Of a DNA stretch of 64,000 bases, positions 14,043 through 26,349 are shown piece by piece (the first letter of the stretch is position 1; each line of letters opens with the position of its first letter). The position numbers and the translations under genes are program-made. Below the pieces are notes generated by a model. That model worked only from the letters and a program-made list of their open reading frames with translations, had not been told where the DNA came from and ran no database searches. Source of the DNA: Octopus vulgaris (Eukaryota). Location of the stretch: contig OX597819.1 in the NCBI GenBank assembly GCA_951406725.2, positions 59,768,001-59,832,000 on the forward strand, given 5' to 3'.

Positions 14043-14221
14043 TAATTCTAGGATGGAATTTGTAAATATTTAATACATCGCTACGCATGTTTCCACAAAT
14101 CACATGACTTTAACATCAGAGTCTGTATTTTTGGGATATGGACTCTGATGTTAAAGTCATGTGATTTGTGGAAACACGCCTAGTGATGTATTAAATATTT
14201 GTAAATTCCATCCTAGAATTA
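14043..14221. repeat. Long inverted repeat (81-bp arms, 17-nt spacer)
   Basis: 14043-14123 is the reverse complement of 14141-14221 with 5 mismatches. Confidence 0.95.
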
Positions 14222-14379
14222 TTATTATATTTATCCTACTTTATATCGGTACAACCATAATGCAGACCCAAAAACCTGACTCACTAGTCGGTATCATTGG
14301 ACAGTAGGTGGCATAATAAAATAGGAGCTTTATTTGCATACCCTTAATGATACCAATTACGAATTTGATATATATATAT

Positions 14380-14752
14380 ATTCTTTTATTTGTTTGTCAT
14401 TTGACTGTGGTCATACTGGAGCACTGCCTTTAGTCAAACAAATCGACCCCAGGACTTATTCTTCGTAAGCTTAGTATTTATTCTACCTGTCTCTTTTTGT
14501 CGAACGGCTAAATTACGTTGACATAGACACACCAACATTGGTTATCAAGCGATGGTGGGGGTACAAACACATGCGCACACACACACATATACGATGGGCT
14601 TATTTCAGATTCTGTCTACCAAATCCACTCACAAGGCTTTGGTCAGTCTGAAGTTATAGTAGAAGACGTTTGCCGAAGGTGCTACACAGTGGAACTAAAA
14701 CTGGAACCATGTGGTTGGTAAGCAAGTTACTTACCATACAGCCATTCCTGCA
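14380..14752 (-). mobile_element. SINE family A
   Basis: Reverse-complement match to 61476-61862. Confidence 0.85.
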
Positions 14753-15214
14753 TGCACACACACAACAGGCATCTGCACAGTTTCTCTTTACCGAATTCCA
14801 CTCACAAGGTTATCCTGGGGTGGGGTACAGTTTAGTAGAAGTCACCTGCTCAAAGTACTGACCAGCAATATCAAAATCTGGAACCACATGGTTACAAAAC
14901 AAACTCCTTTAATGGAGCCACATGGTTATGTTTGCACTTATCGTTTGCTTTGTTCATATTTTACAAATCTCTTTTTCACAAAGAAGTAAAAAGGTTACAG
15001 TGAACTGGCTGAATTTAGTATATTATTACTGCTGCTTATTTTATCAATTCTAGTATTGATGAAATAAAAGGTCACAGCAACCTCATCATGATTTCAGCTC
15101 CTGCCTGAATGCTATGTAGCTTTTAATTTAACTATTTATCATCTATGTCATTTCTACCTTCCTATTACGTAGAGACTGTTTGGGCCAATCTACTTTTCTA
15201 TTATTTTTTTTCTT

Positions 15215-15560
15215 TTCCTTGTTTTTGTCATTGGATTGTGGTGGCCATGCTGACCCCAGTACTTTTTTTTTAAAGTCTGGTACTTATTCTATCAGTCTCT
15301 TTTGCCAAACTGCTATGTTTCTGGGGACATAAACAAACCAACACTGGTTAAGGATTGTAGGGAACAAACATAAACACAGACATATACACACACATACATA
15401 CATGCACAGGACAGTCTTCCACACAGTTTCTATGTACCAAATTCATTCACAAGGCATTGATCAGCCCAGGGCTGAAGACAGTTGCCCAAGGTGCTATGCA
15501 ATGGGACTGAACCCTAAACCACATGGTTGCAATGCCAGTTTCTTAACCACATAGCCATGG
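15215..15560 (-). mobile_element. SINE family A, diverged
   Basis: Same head, central block and tail as other family A copies. Confidence 0.75.
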
Positions 15561-16310
15561 CTACACAGAAATTGTTTGGACAAATCTAACGAAGATGTAG
15601 AAAAGAAATTTTAAAAGGGTTGATGCAATCTATTTGCAATTATTAAGATTGTATGATAAAAAATTATAATTAAAAAGAAATCATTTATTTTGCTTTTATA
15701 TTTTAAATTGAAGTGGGATTCATCATTGGACTGCAGCCATTCTGGAGCAGCATCTTAGGTTTTTTTTTGTAAATCAAATGACTTTTGTACTTATTTTAAA
15801 TTTGCTACTTAAGTTACTGGTCTGTTTCTTGCTAAACTGTTATGTTACAGAGATACAAACAAACCCACACTCGTTATCAAGTAGTGAAAGGGTGACATAT
15901 GTGTGATAGTACCACATAAAAAGCACTCAGTCCATTCTATGGGGTGGTCAGTGTTAGGAAAGGCATCCAGCTGTAAAAAAACATGCCAAAACAGACACAG
16001 TCGCCTGGTGTAGTCTTCTACTTGTCAAACCATCCAACCCATACTAGCATGGAAGACAGACATTAAATGATGATGATGATGATATATATATTCATTCAAT
16101 TACGAATTAAAAGCAGCATGAGTGTTGTATACATTATTGACTGCACATATTCAGTGTATGTGTTTTGTTTGTTTGCCAACTTGCTGCAGGATAGTGCTTT
16201 GGGGATGACTTCTTTGTTGCATTGGGTGTTAAAATACCTGAAAGTTATAGACAGGCAAGACACCTTGCCCCAATCCCATTCAAGAGTGATGGATACCAAT
16301 TATTTACCAT

Positions 16311-16349
<39 letters not shown>

Positions 16350-16654
16350 CTGTGCCGGTGTCATGTAAAAAGCACCATCTGATCGTGGCTGTTGCCGGCC
16401 TCCGTGCCGGTGGCACATAAAAAGCACCATCCGATCGTGGCCATTTGCCAGCCTCGTCTGGCACCTGTGCCGGTGGCACGTAAAAAGCACCCACTACACT
16501 CACGGAGTGGTTGGCGTTAGGAAGGGCTTCCAGCCGTAGAAACATTGCCAGATCAGACTGGGCCTGGTACAGCCTTCTGGCTTTCCAGACCCCAGTTGAA
16601 CCGTCCAACCCATGCTAGCATGGAAAGCGGACGCTAAACAATGATGATGATGAT
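16350..16654 (+). mobile_element. Short RTE 3'-UTR-derived copy (young, CpG-rich)
   Basis: Three AAAAAGCACC units and the canonical terminus. Confidence 0.86.
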
Positions 16655-16664
16655 ATATATATCT

Positions 16665-16883
16665 TACCTTTCACTTGTTTCAGTCATTTTATTGTGGCCA
16701 TGCTGGGGCATGGCCTTGAAGAGTTTTAGTTGAACAAATCGACCCTAGGACTTATTTTTTTAAACCTAGTTTTTATTTTCTCGGTCTCTTTTGCTGAACC
16801 GCTAAGTTATGAGGATGTAAGCACACCAATACCAGTTGTCAAGCAGTGGTGGTGGACAAACAGCCACAAAGACATGCACACAC

Positions 16884-16914
<31 letters not shown>

Positions 16915-17367
16915 CTACAAAATTAGAAAATGGAGAAACATACTTAAATCAATCAAACATCAACCAACAGATGATACCCAATCAATACTTTATTACACCA
17001 TTACATAACAGTAAAGGCATTATACAAAATATATTGCAAATATAATTAGACAAGGAAATAGAAATATAAAATATAATATGTAATTATATCATATCTGACA
17101 GCTGTTTCGGCAGTAAGGGCAAGCATGCCTCATTTAACCTATAAGCCATATAAGGCAGGTATAAATGAGACATTAACAAGGATGCCCCACGGCCTCTTCA
17201 GAGAATTTAATTTATTATAAGTGTGAAAAAAATTTTTTTATATACATATAAATATAAAAATATAAAATATAAAAACGTGTGCGTAGACACCCATAATACT
17301 ACACATATATATATATATACTCATTAATACAATAATACAAAATAAACAAAACAAAATAAAACAAAAA

Positions 17368-17414
<47 letters not shown>

Positions 17415-17545
17415 ACGGGCTTCTTTCAGTTTCTGTCTACCAAATCCCCTCACAAGGCTTTGGTCGGCCTAAGGCTATAGTAGAAGACACTTGCTCAAGG
17501 TGCCATACAGTAGGACTGAACCTGGAATCATGTGGTTGGAAAATG
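16665..17545 (-). mobile_element. SINE family A interrupted in its internal microsatellite by the hammerhead element (~16915-17305)
   Basis: Tail at 16665-16885 and head at 17414-17545 flank an unrelated AT-rich insert bounded by (TA)n. Confidence 0.8.
17091..17208 (-). ncRNA. Minimal type-I hammerhead ribozyme motif with long stem II (Penelope-like)
   Basis: Minus strand reads attct-CTGAAGA-[ggccgtggggca...tgtctcatttatacct..aggttaaatgaggca...tgcccttactgcc]-GAAA-CAGCTG-TC-agatat. Complete core, palindromic helix III, GUC triplet, short stem I. Confidence 0.8.
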
Positions 17546-18797
17546 ACTGCTACTATTGCATTTAAAGATCCAATGCAATGAAAGATTTGCTGATGATCTG
17601 TTCTGGTTAAGCATCCATATGTACCCAAATGCAGGTTTCCAAGCAAGTATAATGGTAAAATATACATAGGAACCAATATATACACCTGTGTTTACCTTAA
17701 TTTCCTCTACACAAACATATACACACAACTGTTTCTCAATGGTATCTATCTACTAAATTTCCTCATTACTAGATTCTTGCCTGAGTCTTGTACAGTGGAA
17801 CTAAGCTTGAAATCTTTTGTTTGCCAAGTGAATTTCTTAGGCACACAGCCATGCCTGTGTCCATTGTTTTGTAAAATTGTCATTTTATATTTCTTTATGT
17901 ATCCTCATTTACAAGCTAGAACAGAGAGGATACCTCTGTGCAGTCACCTGATCTGCTAGAAATAGCAACTAAATTCCACACTCTTTTGTTTTAGAATATG
18001 AAGAGGAAATTGGAATATGTAGTCCTAGATATACAAAAAAAAAAAAATAATAAATAGAAATATAAAAATGCTGTGGTCCTGGTAGGAATATTTTTGACCA
18101 TAACTTTACTTGTATCAGGGCTGACCTGCAGCAATCAACAGCAACAACTGGACCAAGTCATTGTCTTCATAAGTAACCATAGTAAATATTTATTTTGGCT
18201 GTCGTATTTTCTTTTATAGTTATAGCAGTTTAATGAACCTGTAACCCATGTGGGGGGACCCCCACCCCACAAAAAGAGAAAAAAAACTCAGTAGTCAGAT
18301 AGAAAAATGAAGTTGTCTCTCTGCTTATGCAACTTCTCTGTTATTGATTTCGTCTATAAAAATTAAGAAGATAATGTTCCTCAATTGCATTTATTAAATA
18401 TAGGTTACTAGTGATGATTTTGAGAATAGTCTTATAAAATATGAGATGAAATAATCATTTTGTTGAGAAATATAAGGTGTTGCAGTCAAAAATGATGATA
18501 GATGATACTTGTTTTTCGTTTTGTTTTGTTTTTGTAGTGTGCGTATATCTATATATAACCTTGCTGATTATTATTGTTATACACTCTAATTGCTCACTCA
18601 ATAAGGATTAAATCTATCAATTGCCTTTTCTCTTTCTTTAGAATCTAGCAATATGGATATATATATATATAAACGGAAAATACAGGATTCAGAATAGATA
18701 TAGTTAATATAAGATTTTATATTTAATTTTATGGAGAGATTGGGTATAAAATCTTTCAGTGTTGTTTGAGCTGAAGGTGGTTCTGTCTCTAAAACTA

Positions 18798-18832
<35 letters not shown>

Positions 18833-18838
<6 letters not shown>

Positions 18839-18981
18839 TTATTATATAGAAGGAGCTTCTACAGGACTAGTACTGTTTCATTCAAGAGAAATCTTCAGGA
18901 AGCTTCAGGAGCTTCCTGAAGATTTCTCTTGAATGAAACAGTACTAGTCCTGTAGAAACTCCTTCTATATAATAAATAAAT
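18833..18981. repeat. Long inverted repeat (72-bp arms, 5-nt spacer) inside (TA)n
   Basis: 18833-18904 is the reverse complement of 18910-18981 with 1 mismatch. Confidence 0.96.
18908..18962 (+). ncRNA. Type-I hammerhead ribozyme motif (mirror copy on the minus strand in the left arm of the palindrome)
   Basis: GGAGCTTC-CTGAAGA-tttctcttgaat-GAAA-CAG-tactagtc-CTG-TA-GAA(A/G)CTCC: stem I, core, short stem II, helix III, GUA triplet. Confidence 0.78.
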
Positions 18982-19047
18982 TAATTTTACTCTGCTATGT
19001 ATTGAGTACCTTACTTACTGTGGTTAACCCCGAATCAACCCGGGACC

Positions 19048-19079
<32 letters not shown>

Positions 19080-19222
19080 ATAACCATTTGACTCATCTCT
19101 GCATGACTTGTGGCATGTAACTCCAAGGAAATGTGTTGAGTGCTACATTCTTTTGTTTTTCGCTTACTCATGTATATGTGTTTGTGTAGTGGAGTTTCCT
19201 GTTGGTCAATATTGTAGCTGAA

Positions 19223-19442
19223 CCCTTTCGTTACCAACCCGGCTGAAACCGGCCCTAGCTCTGAGTACAAATGTCTTGTTTTCATAAGTTTTGAATTAAA
19301 AGCTTCCACCAAACCTTAGTCACAATCTATGTTCCTGACACTAGCTAAATGATAACTAAGTTATTTTACTAAATTCTTTGTTATATTTAAAGTAATTGAA
19401 AGAAACACTGAGCATCTCAAAATAAATACAGTAACAAAAGGG
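19223..19442. mobile_element. piggyBac-type MITE, same family as 33999-34223 in opposite orientation
   Basis: CCCTTTCGTTAC ... GTAACAAAAGGG-TTAA. Internal sequence matches the reverse complement of the 34 kb copy. Confidence 0.88.
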
Positions 19443-19857
19443 TTAAACTATCCATGATTTGTTTTTAGTGGTGAAGGGTTGTTTTGGGACAGCCACCTTT
19501 TGGAAATACTAATATCAGAAAGTTGGTGCAGTTGTTTGTCAGAAACTCAGCAACAAACAAACCTCTTCATTTCCCGGGTTAGTGTTGCCATTGCCATGGT
19601 TTAGAATCCAGCCTGTCCTGCTAGGCTAAATGTGCACCAGGGTACCAAACCAGAAATTCTTAAGTCCTCGTGCATGTATATATATATATATGCTAAGTAA
19701 TGGTGATTCTCGTATATAAAATGCACCATATGAATGTTGCTGATGCCAGTGCCGCCTTGACTGGTTTCTGTGCCACTGGCACTTAAAAAGCACCAACCGA
19801 TCATGGTCTTTGCCAGCCCTCGCTGGCCCCTGTGTCGGTAGCATGTAAAAAGCATCT

Positions 19858-20090
19858 AAGGTGGTGAGCTGGCAGAAACATTAGCATGCAGGGCGAAATG
19901 CTTAGCGGTATTTCGTCTGCCTCTACATTCTGAGTTCAAATTCCGCCGAGGTCAACTTTGCCTTTCATCCTTTCGGGGTCGATTAAATAAGTACCAGTTA
20001 CGCACTGGGGTCGATATAATTGACTTAATCCGTTTGTCTATCCTTGTTTGTTCCCTCTGTGTTTAGCCCCTTGTGGGTAGTAAAGAAATA
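19858..20090 (+). mobile_element. SINE family B inserted into an RTE 3'-end copy, 18-bp TSD
   Basis: GGTGGTGAGCTGGCAGAA head, GAGTTCAAATTCC B box, CTTTCATCCTTTCGGGGTCGAT core. GGTAGCATGTAAAAAGCA duplicated at 19837-19854 and 20091-20108. Confidence 0.92.
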
Positions 20091-23000
20091 GGTAGCATGT
20101 AAAAAGCACCCACTACACTCTGAGTGGTTGGCGTTAGGAAAGGCATCCAGCTTTAGAAACACTGCCAGATCAGACTGGAGCCTGGTGCAGCCTCCTGGCT
20201 TCCCAGACCCCAGCCGAACCGTTCAACCCATGCCAGCATGGAAAACGGACTTTAGATGACGACGATGATGATGATATATATCTGGCACAAGACCAACTTC
20301 TCCAATGCCCCCTCCCCTTTCAAAGGATCTTTGTCTTGCAAGTTACTTGATGACCCTGCCATTTTTTGGTACCATGTAAAAAGCATCCAGTCCACATTTT
20401 AAAGTGGTTGGCATTTGGAAGGGCATCCAGCTGTAAAAACCATACTAAAGTAGACACTGAAGCCGGGTGCAGTCTCGTACCTAGTCAGCTCCTGTTAAAC
20501 TGTCTAACCCATGCCAGCATGGAAAGTTAACGTTAAATGATGAGGATGATATATATTGTGTAAATGGTTGGCTGTTAACTCTCTTGAGTTCATCTGTTGT
20601 TTGATAATTCTTGTCTCTCATCCCACAAGGTGTTAAAAACCACCTTACTCATCAAGCAGGCTTAGTGGTGTTTCCAAGTTAGTGGCTGAGAGCCCAACCA
20701 TGCAACATGTTATACTGGGATATATATGTGTGTGTGTGTGTGTGTCAGTGGTATGATTCATCACTATGTTTCTGATGCCTTGTGCTAGTTCCTCTACATA
20801 TTTTTTAAAGATTTTTTTTTGTCAGTTTTAATTTTTTTTCACAGTGGCATGGGTGGGGGTGAGGTAGTTTTTATTTTGTTGTAGCATATTTGTTTTTACA
20901 ACTGAGTGCCCTTCCTACTCCTAAGTTGTCACCTGTAAAGTATAAAAAGGAACCAATTTTATGTGGTTGACCCTGTTAATAAGAACAAGAACTTAACAAA
21001 AACTTTGTTCAAACAAAACAGCAGCCTGTCTGAGTCCTGTGAGGTGGGGTGGCTGTGACAGTGTTGCTGGCCATTCTCCAAGTCATAATCATGTCTACAA
21101 AGTGTGGCTGAACGCCCCATTTGTTCTGGAGTATGCTTTCTCCTTCCTCCATCTTCTGCTTAATTCTCCCCTCTTTTTTTCTTTTTCTTTGTTTCCTTGT
21201 AATTCTGATTCAGTCTTTATATAACATGAAATAAACTGTGATTTAGTAACTGTAGATGTAAGGCTTGAACTGATGACCATGTTGTCAGTAACATAACAAC
21301 CAGATTTATAAAAAACAAAACAAAAAACCCTGAAATCTCATTTTGCTTTATAGTATGAATTCTTAGTTTTAAAAAGTTTTCAAAAGACTCAGAATCTATA
21401 TGGTCTTGCTATTGTTCATCTTATTTAAACCAAAACAAATGATTACATAGAACCCCTTTATTGGTAAAAATCATACACAGGTCTTCTGACTTGCAAGTTC
21501 CTGTCAAACCATCCAACCTATGCCAGCATGGAAAGCAGATGTTAAATGATTTTGCTGTTGCTGATGAGGTTTGTTGGAGCTGAGGTTACATCTGTTAGTT
21601 TTTGTGGTATTGAATGGCAACCCTATGATTGGTTTGGTTTGGCTTGTTGGTAATTAAGGGGCTAAGCTCACAATATCAATCGTCATTGATTTGCCAATAC
21701 ACTTAATTATATGATAAATATATAAGAAAAATCGACAAGCTTTCTCTGCAAATGCTGCTTAAGAAAAGTTTCTTTGGTCCACTGGGTTTTTTTTAACCAA
21801 ATATTCTTAAACCTTTAATAATTTACCTGTGATCTTGATTTGAGTTGGTGAATACATCTATATATGTATCAACAAATCCACCACAACATAATTACCAGGT
21901 AATGTCTAACCCATTAAATCCTGTAAACTACTAAATTTCTGATGCAACACATTCGTTAATGTAGGTCCAAGATATGACCAGAAGGAACAAAATTGTGATG
22001 GTTATGGGTGGAATGCCTTTAATCATGTGTTTACTCAATCAGGGCTACCTTGGAGGGAAGCAACAACAGGATGTCAAAGAATTAGCATGTTTAGAAGGGA
22101 AAAGGAAAAGCATTATGAAAAGAGAACAAGCAAAAAACACAAACTCCAGTGGTTAAAGCATGCCATTGAGTGCAGATTTACCAATTGCATACAGGGATTT
22201 TGCTTGATGTGATTAGCTACAGGACAGACAAACTGGCCAATTATATGGCTTATTTGTCTTGTGTGATATATAGCAGACAGTTGATCTTTTTTCAAGAATA
22301 TATATACTTTGTTTTTTGAGACTTAAATATATTTTTTACAGAAATGTAAATAATAACACCCTTCTTGGCTCCCAAATTCCTCCCATATTATTACTATTGG
22401 TGCAAAAGCAAGTCTTTAGTCATTCTGAATTCTGTTTTCTGCAATACCTAACATCATCACAATTCATTTGCAACACTGACCGACATAGAAACATACTGAA
22501 TAAATAGTCTTGATCTCTTTTTCACCTCTTTTAAGCCCAGCCTCTATCAAACAATCACTGTCTCTATGTCTAACGGACAGTCTGACAACTGCCTAATCAC
22601 AGTTACCCACCATGTTTTCACATAGTGCACAACATTCTCCACCTTGAACTCAAGTTAGCTAACTGCTGAGAGTTCTGTCAGTAAATATGTTTTATCTCCA
22701 ACCCATTCGAGAAGCTAAGCAGGTGAGCAAAATCATCGTGTTAGGCATTACCCTTCATATTCTTCACACTACCTGCCAAAAATAGTTTGCATGCACTGTG
22801 CTGCAGTAGTGCAGGCAAAGATTACAGCTTACAACATTCAGAAAAACTCATCCATCACCACTGCTACCATGATCAACTGAGTGGGGATTAAAACAAATTT
22901 TTTTTTTTATATTACCTGCCACTATAAACCCTGTAATACTACAGACTGAAAAGCAAAAGATACATTTGGACAGCTTGCAAGCTTTGTTGCTCCCCAGCTG

Positions 23001-25988
23001 GTTCTTTTAAGGAAAGGTAAAGTGAGACAAAATTTGAACTCATAAAGAAGCATAATCAAATACAACAAGGTTTTTTCCTGCAATCCAGGCTGCAGCTATT
23101 CTTAGTTCACAATCATCATCATCAATATTTTCATGTCCACTTTTTCATGCTTGGATGGGTCAAACAATAATTTTATTGAGGAAGATCATTTTGCAACCAG
23201 ATGCTCTTCCTATCATCAACATTCATTTCTAAGTAATGTCATCTCTCCCCTGTGGTCAGACATGTATACATAGAAGACTTGAGATGAACGACACTGCTTG
23301 TATAACAGTGACAACTATTTACAACTATTGTGATGTCAAGACAAGGAGGCATAAACATACCCACCTCCACTTTGTGTATGATGAACTTTTTTCAGTTTCC
23401 ACCTACCAAATTCAGTCATTAGATTTTTTGTTTACCTGAGGCTGTTGTAGCAAACACTTACTCAATGCGCTACAGTGGTATTGAACTTGAAGCTGTGTGG
23501 TTGGGAAGCAATTTTCTTAACCACACAACCATGTCTTTATACATATTTATGTTCAAAACATTCTTTGTATCTAAACCATAAGCAACTAATGAAATTACTA
23601 AATCAGCAAAATATTAAATGCAAAAGTATATTATTAAAAAAGAATAAGGTTTGATTTCATTAAAATATTCACATTTAATAGGCTGTTATTTAAATGCCAT
23701 GTGAAAATTGGTTTGAAAATTAAATTTCAAATTCTAAATTGTAATGATTCAGATGCTCTACATGTAAATGCCTCTAACTGGCAACAATTTAAAGAGTTTT
23801 CTAAAATATTGTCTTTGTTTTATCAGTTTTTCTTGCTATTGATACATAGAGTAAGCTTCTGAAATCAGCTTTTGTTGATTAATCATAATATTCAATATAT
23901 AATGATATAAGAGAGCTTAAAGCTATCACATATGCTGTGTTTGTTTTCAGATTGCAATGATTAGCAATTGCATAAAACCTTGAATACATACTCTGCTATA
24001 TTATTTTTAAATACACTGCAGTGTAGATGTGAAATTTGCCAGATATATCATCCATTATAGTTTAGAGGCGGTACCTGTTGAAAACAGTATCTGCATAACA
24101 TTAAGTTTATAGTTGCTTTTTTCAATCTTGTTTAGTTCAGAGTTCATTACTTCATAGGATCTCAAACACAAATCATTATTTGGTCTTTGTCAGTTGCATC
24201 TTTTGGAGTTTTTCATTTTTGATACTTTAGCTATTTCTTTGTAATAGTTTTTTACCAAAAGAAATCTATTTATCTTTGAAATGTGAAATGTGCTCAGATG
24301 AGTTTTATACAGTGGTGTGTTTGTGTTTTTCTTTCCTGTCAATGCTTGAAAACTGGTGTTGGTTTGTTTATGTCTCTACAACTTAGTGGTTTGGCAAAAG
24401 AGAACCATAAAATAAGTACTAGACTTATAAATAAGTACTGAGGTTGATTTGTTTGACTAAACCCTGCAAGGTGGTGCTCTAGCATGGTTGCAGTCCAATG
24501 ACTGAAACAAATAAGGCATTAACACTGAATTTGATGGTTTGCAGTCTTAGATATACTATGTCTGTAAAAAAGAAAAAGATGGGACGGATACAGTTAAAAT
24601 GCCTTTAAATGAAATTTCACCTGAGGCTAAACAACAACTAATTCAGTTTTCATGATATCAATAAAGTCCTTTTTGTGACCACATTTCCAGTGAAATCCAC
24701 TTCCTGTTTGTGTCAGTTCATTTTGAAAACAATCAAGACATTTAGTCAAATGATTAAATTTCATATTTATATCTATATCAGGCTTATGTTTGGAATATAA
24801 TTTAGGAAAAGGTTCTTACAATTATGATAGGTTTTAATTTAGATATGAACACTTTAAAAAATGGACAATTACTTATCAAAGTAGCAGAGGTGGTTTTGGA
24901 AGGCTGTTAAAAAAGCGTTAAACTTCGATGAAAATGTTTCAGCTTATCTTTCTGATGTGGAAACAAAAATTTCTTATACAAAAATAGATTTTTTTTATGT
25001 ACTAAAAACCTGCTTTTGGTATTTTCTGTTCCCCTAATTCTTTGACCTACATTGTGCCAAGAATGCAGTTAGAATGTAACAAAAAATTGGGTGGGGTGGG
25101 GATGGGACACATATGCTCTTTCTTCTACATGACATTTTAGTTTTTAATATTGAAAATTTATATTGTATTGGTGATTGGTAAATCTTTCTGACCTGTTATA
25201 TGTGGACATATGATATGAAGATATAGTAACTCCTGTAACCTATAAACGATAAGTGCCTTGGATACATTTTATGAAGTGTATCTAGGGCAAGTTGACAAAT
25301 TCCACACCCTTCTCTTGGCTGTACACTCAATACTTCAAGCTATCAAGATATTCAGTTTAATATTGCTTTCACAGTTAACAAAAGGTTTGTATACAACTAT
25401 GTGAACCAGGCCATTGAAGATTACCATTTTTAACCTTAAACAAAATGTAGTGCTGTTTACAAAATATAACCAGTAGAGCCCCTTATGGGTTGTTCCACAG
25501 CCATCAAGTTGATCATCTGTGCTCTCTATGTTATATTTACTTCAGGATAAAACTGTTATATTAGTCAATGCAGGAATTCTCTGCTGACTTTAATACATTT
25601 CTACAGATTGTATTTTGCCATTTGAGAACTTCTCTTTTCACATCAATATGTTTCATAAGACATTCAGTTCATTTGTGTAAGGGGACATTGAGACTCCCAT
25701 TGTTTCAACATCAGTGTACCTCATCACCCAAAGCTAACCCAGACTGATGAATCTAACTATAGTTTGTAGTTTTGTGTATAAATTCAACAAGCAAATTATT
25801 TGCTGATGTGTGCGGATATTTGCCAAATGATTAAATACATTGGTTTGGGATAGTACTGTGGGGAAAATCATTAAAAAAACCAACAAAATTTTTATTTATA
25901 GCTGTTAAATCTTTTTTATACCATCAACTTCAGTGTTTTTGTTCAAAGGAATGTTAATGTTAATATTTCCATCTTGTCCCTGACAAAA

Positions 25989-26190
25989 TCATCATCATCG
26001 TTTAACGTCCGTTCTCCATGCTAGCATGGGTTGGACAGTTCGACCGGGGATCTGGGAAGCCAGAAGGCTGTACCAGGCTCCGGTCTGATCTGGCAGTGTT
26101 TCTACAGTTGGATGCCCTTCCTAACGCCAACCACTCCGTGAGTGTAGTGGGTGCTTTTTACGTGCCACCGGCACGGAAGCCAGTCAAGGT
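25989..26190 (-). mobile_element. Short RTE 3'-UTR-derived copy
   Basis: (ATC)n-GTTTAACGTCCG..CCATGCTAGCATGGGTTGGAC on the plus strand. Confidence 0.86.
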
Positions 26191-26349
26191 GGGAGGTTTT
26201 GAGAATGTTTGTCTTTGACTCTTGGTTTCTGCTATTGCAAAGTGTTCACAATGAACACTTTTCTTCATATTAAATGGTAATTCAGAATACTAGGTGGTTT
26301 GAGAAATCTTAGATATGAAAAAATGTTCCCACTCTAATTCTATATCTTA

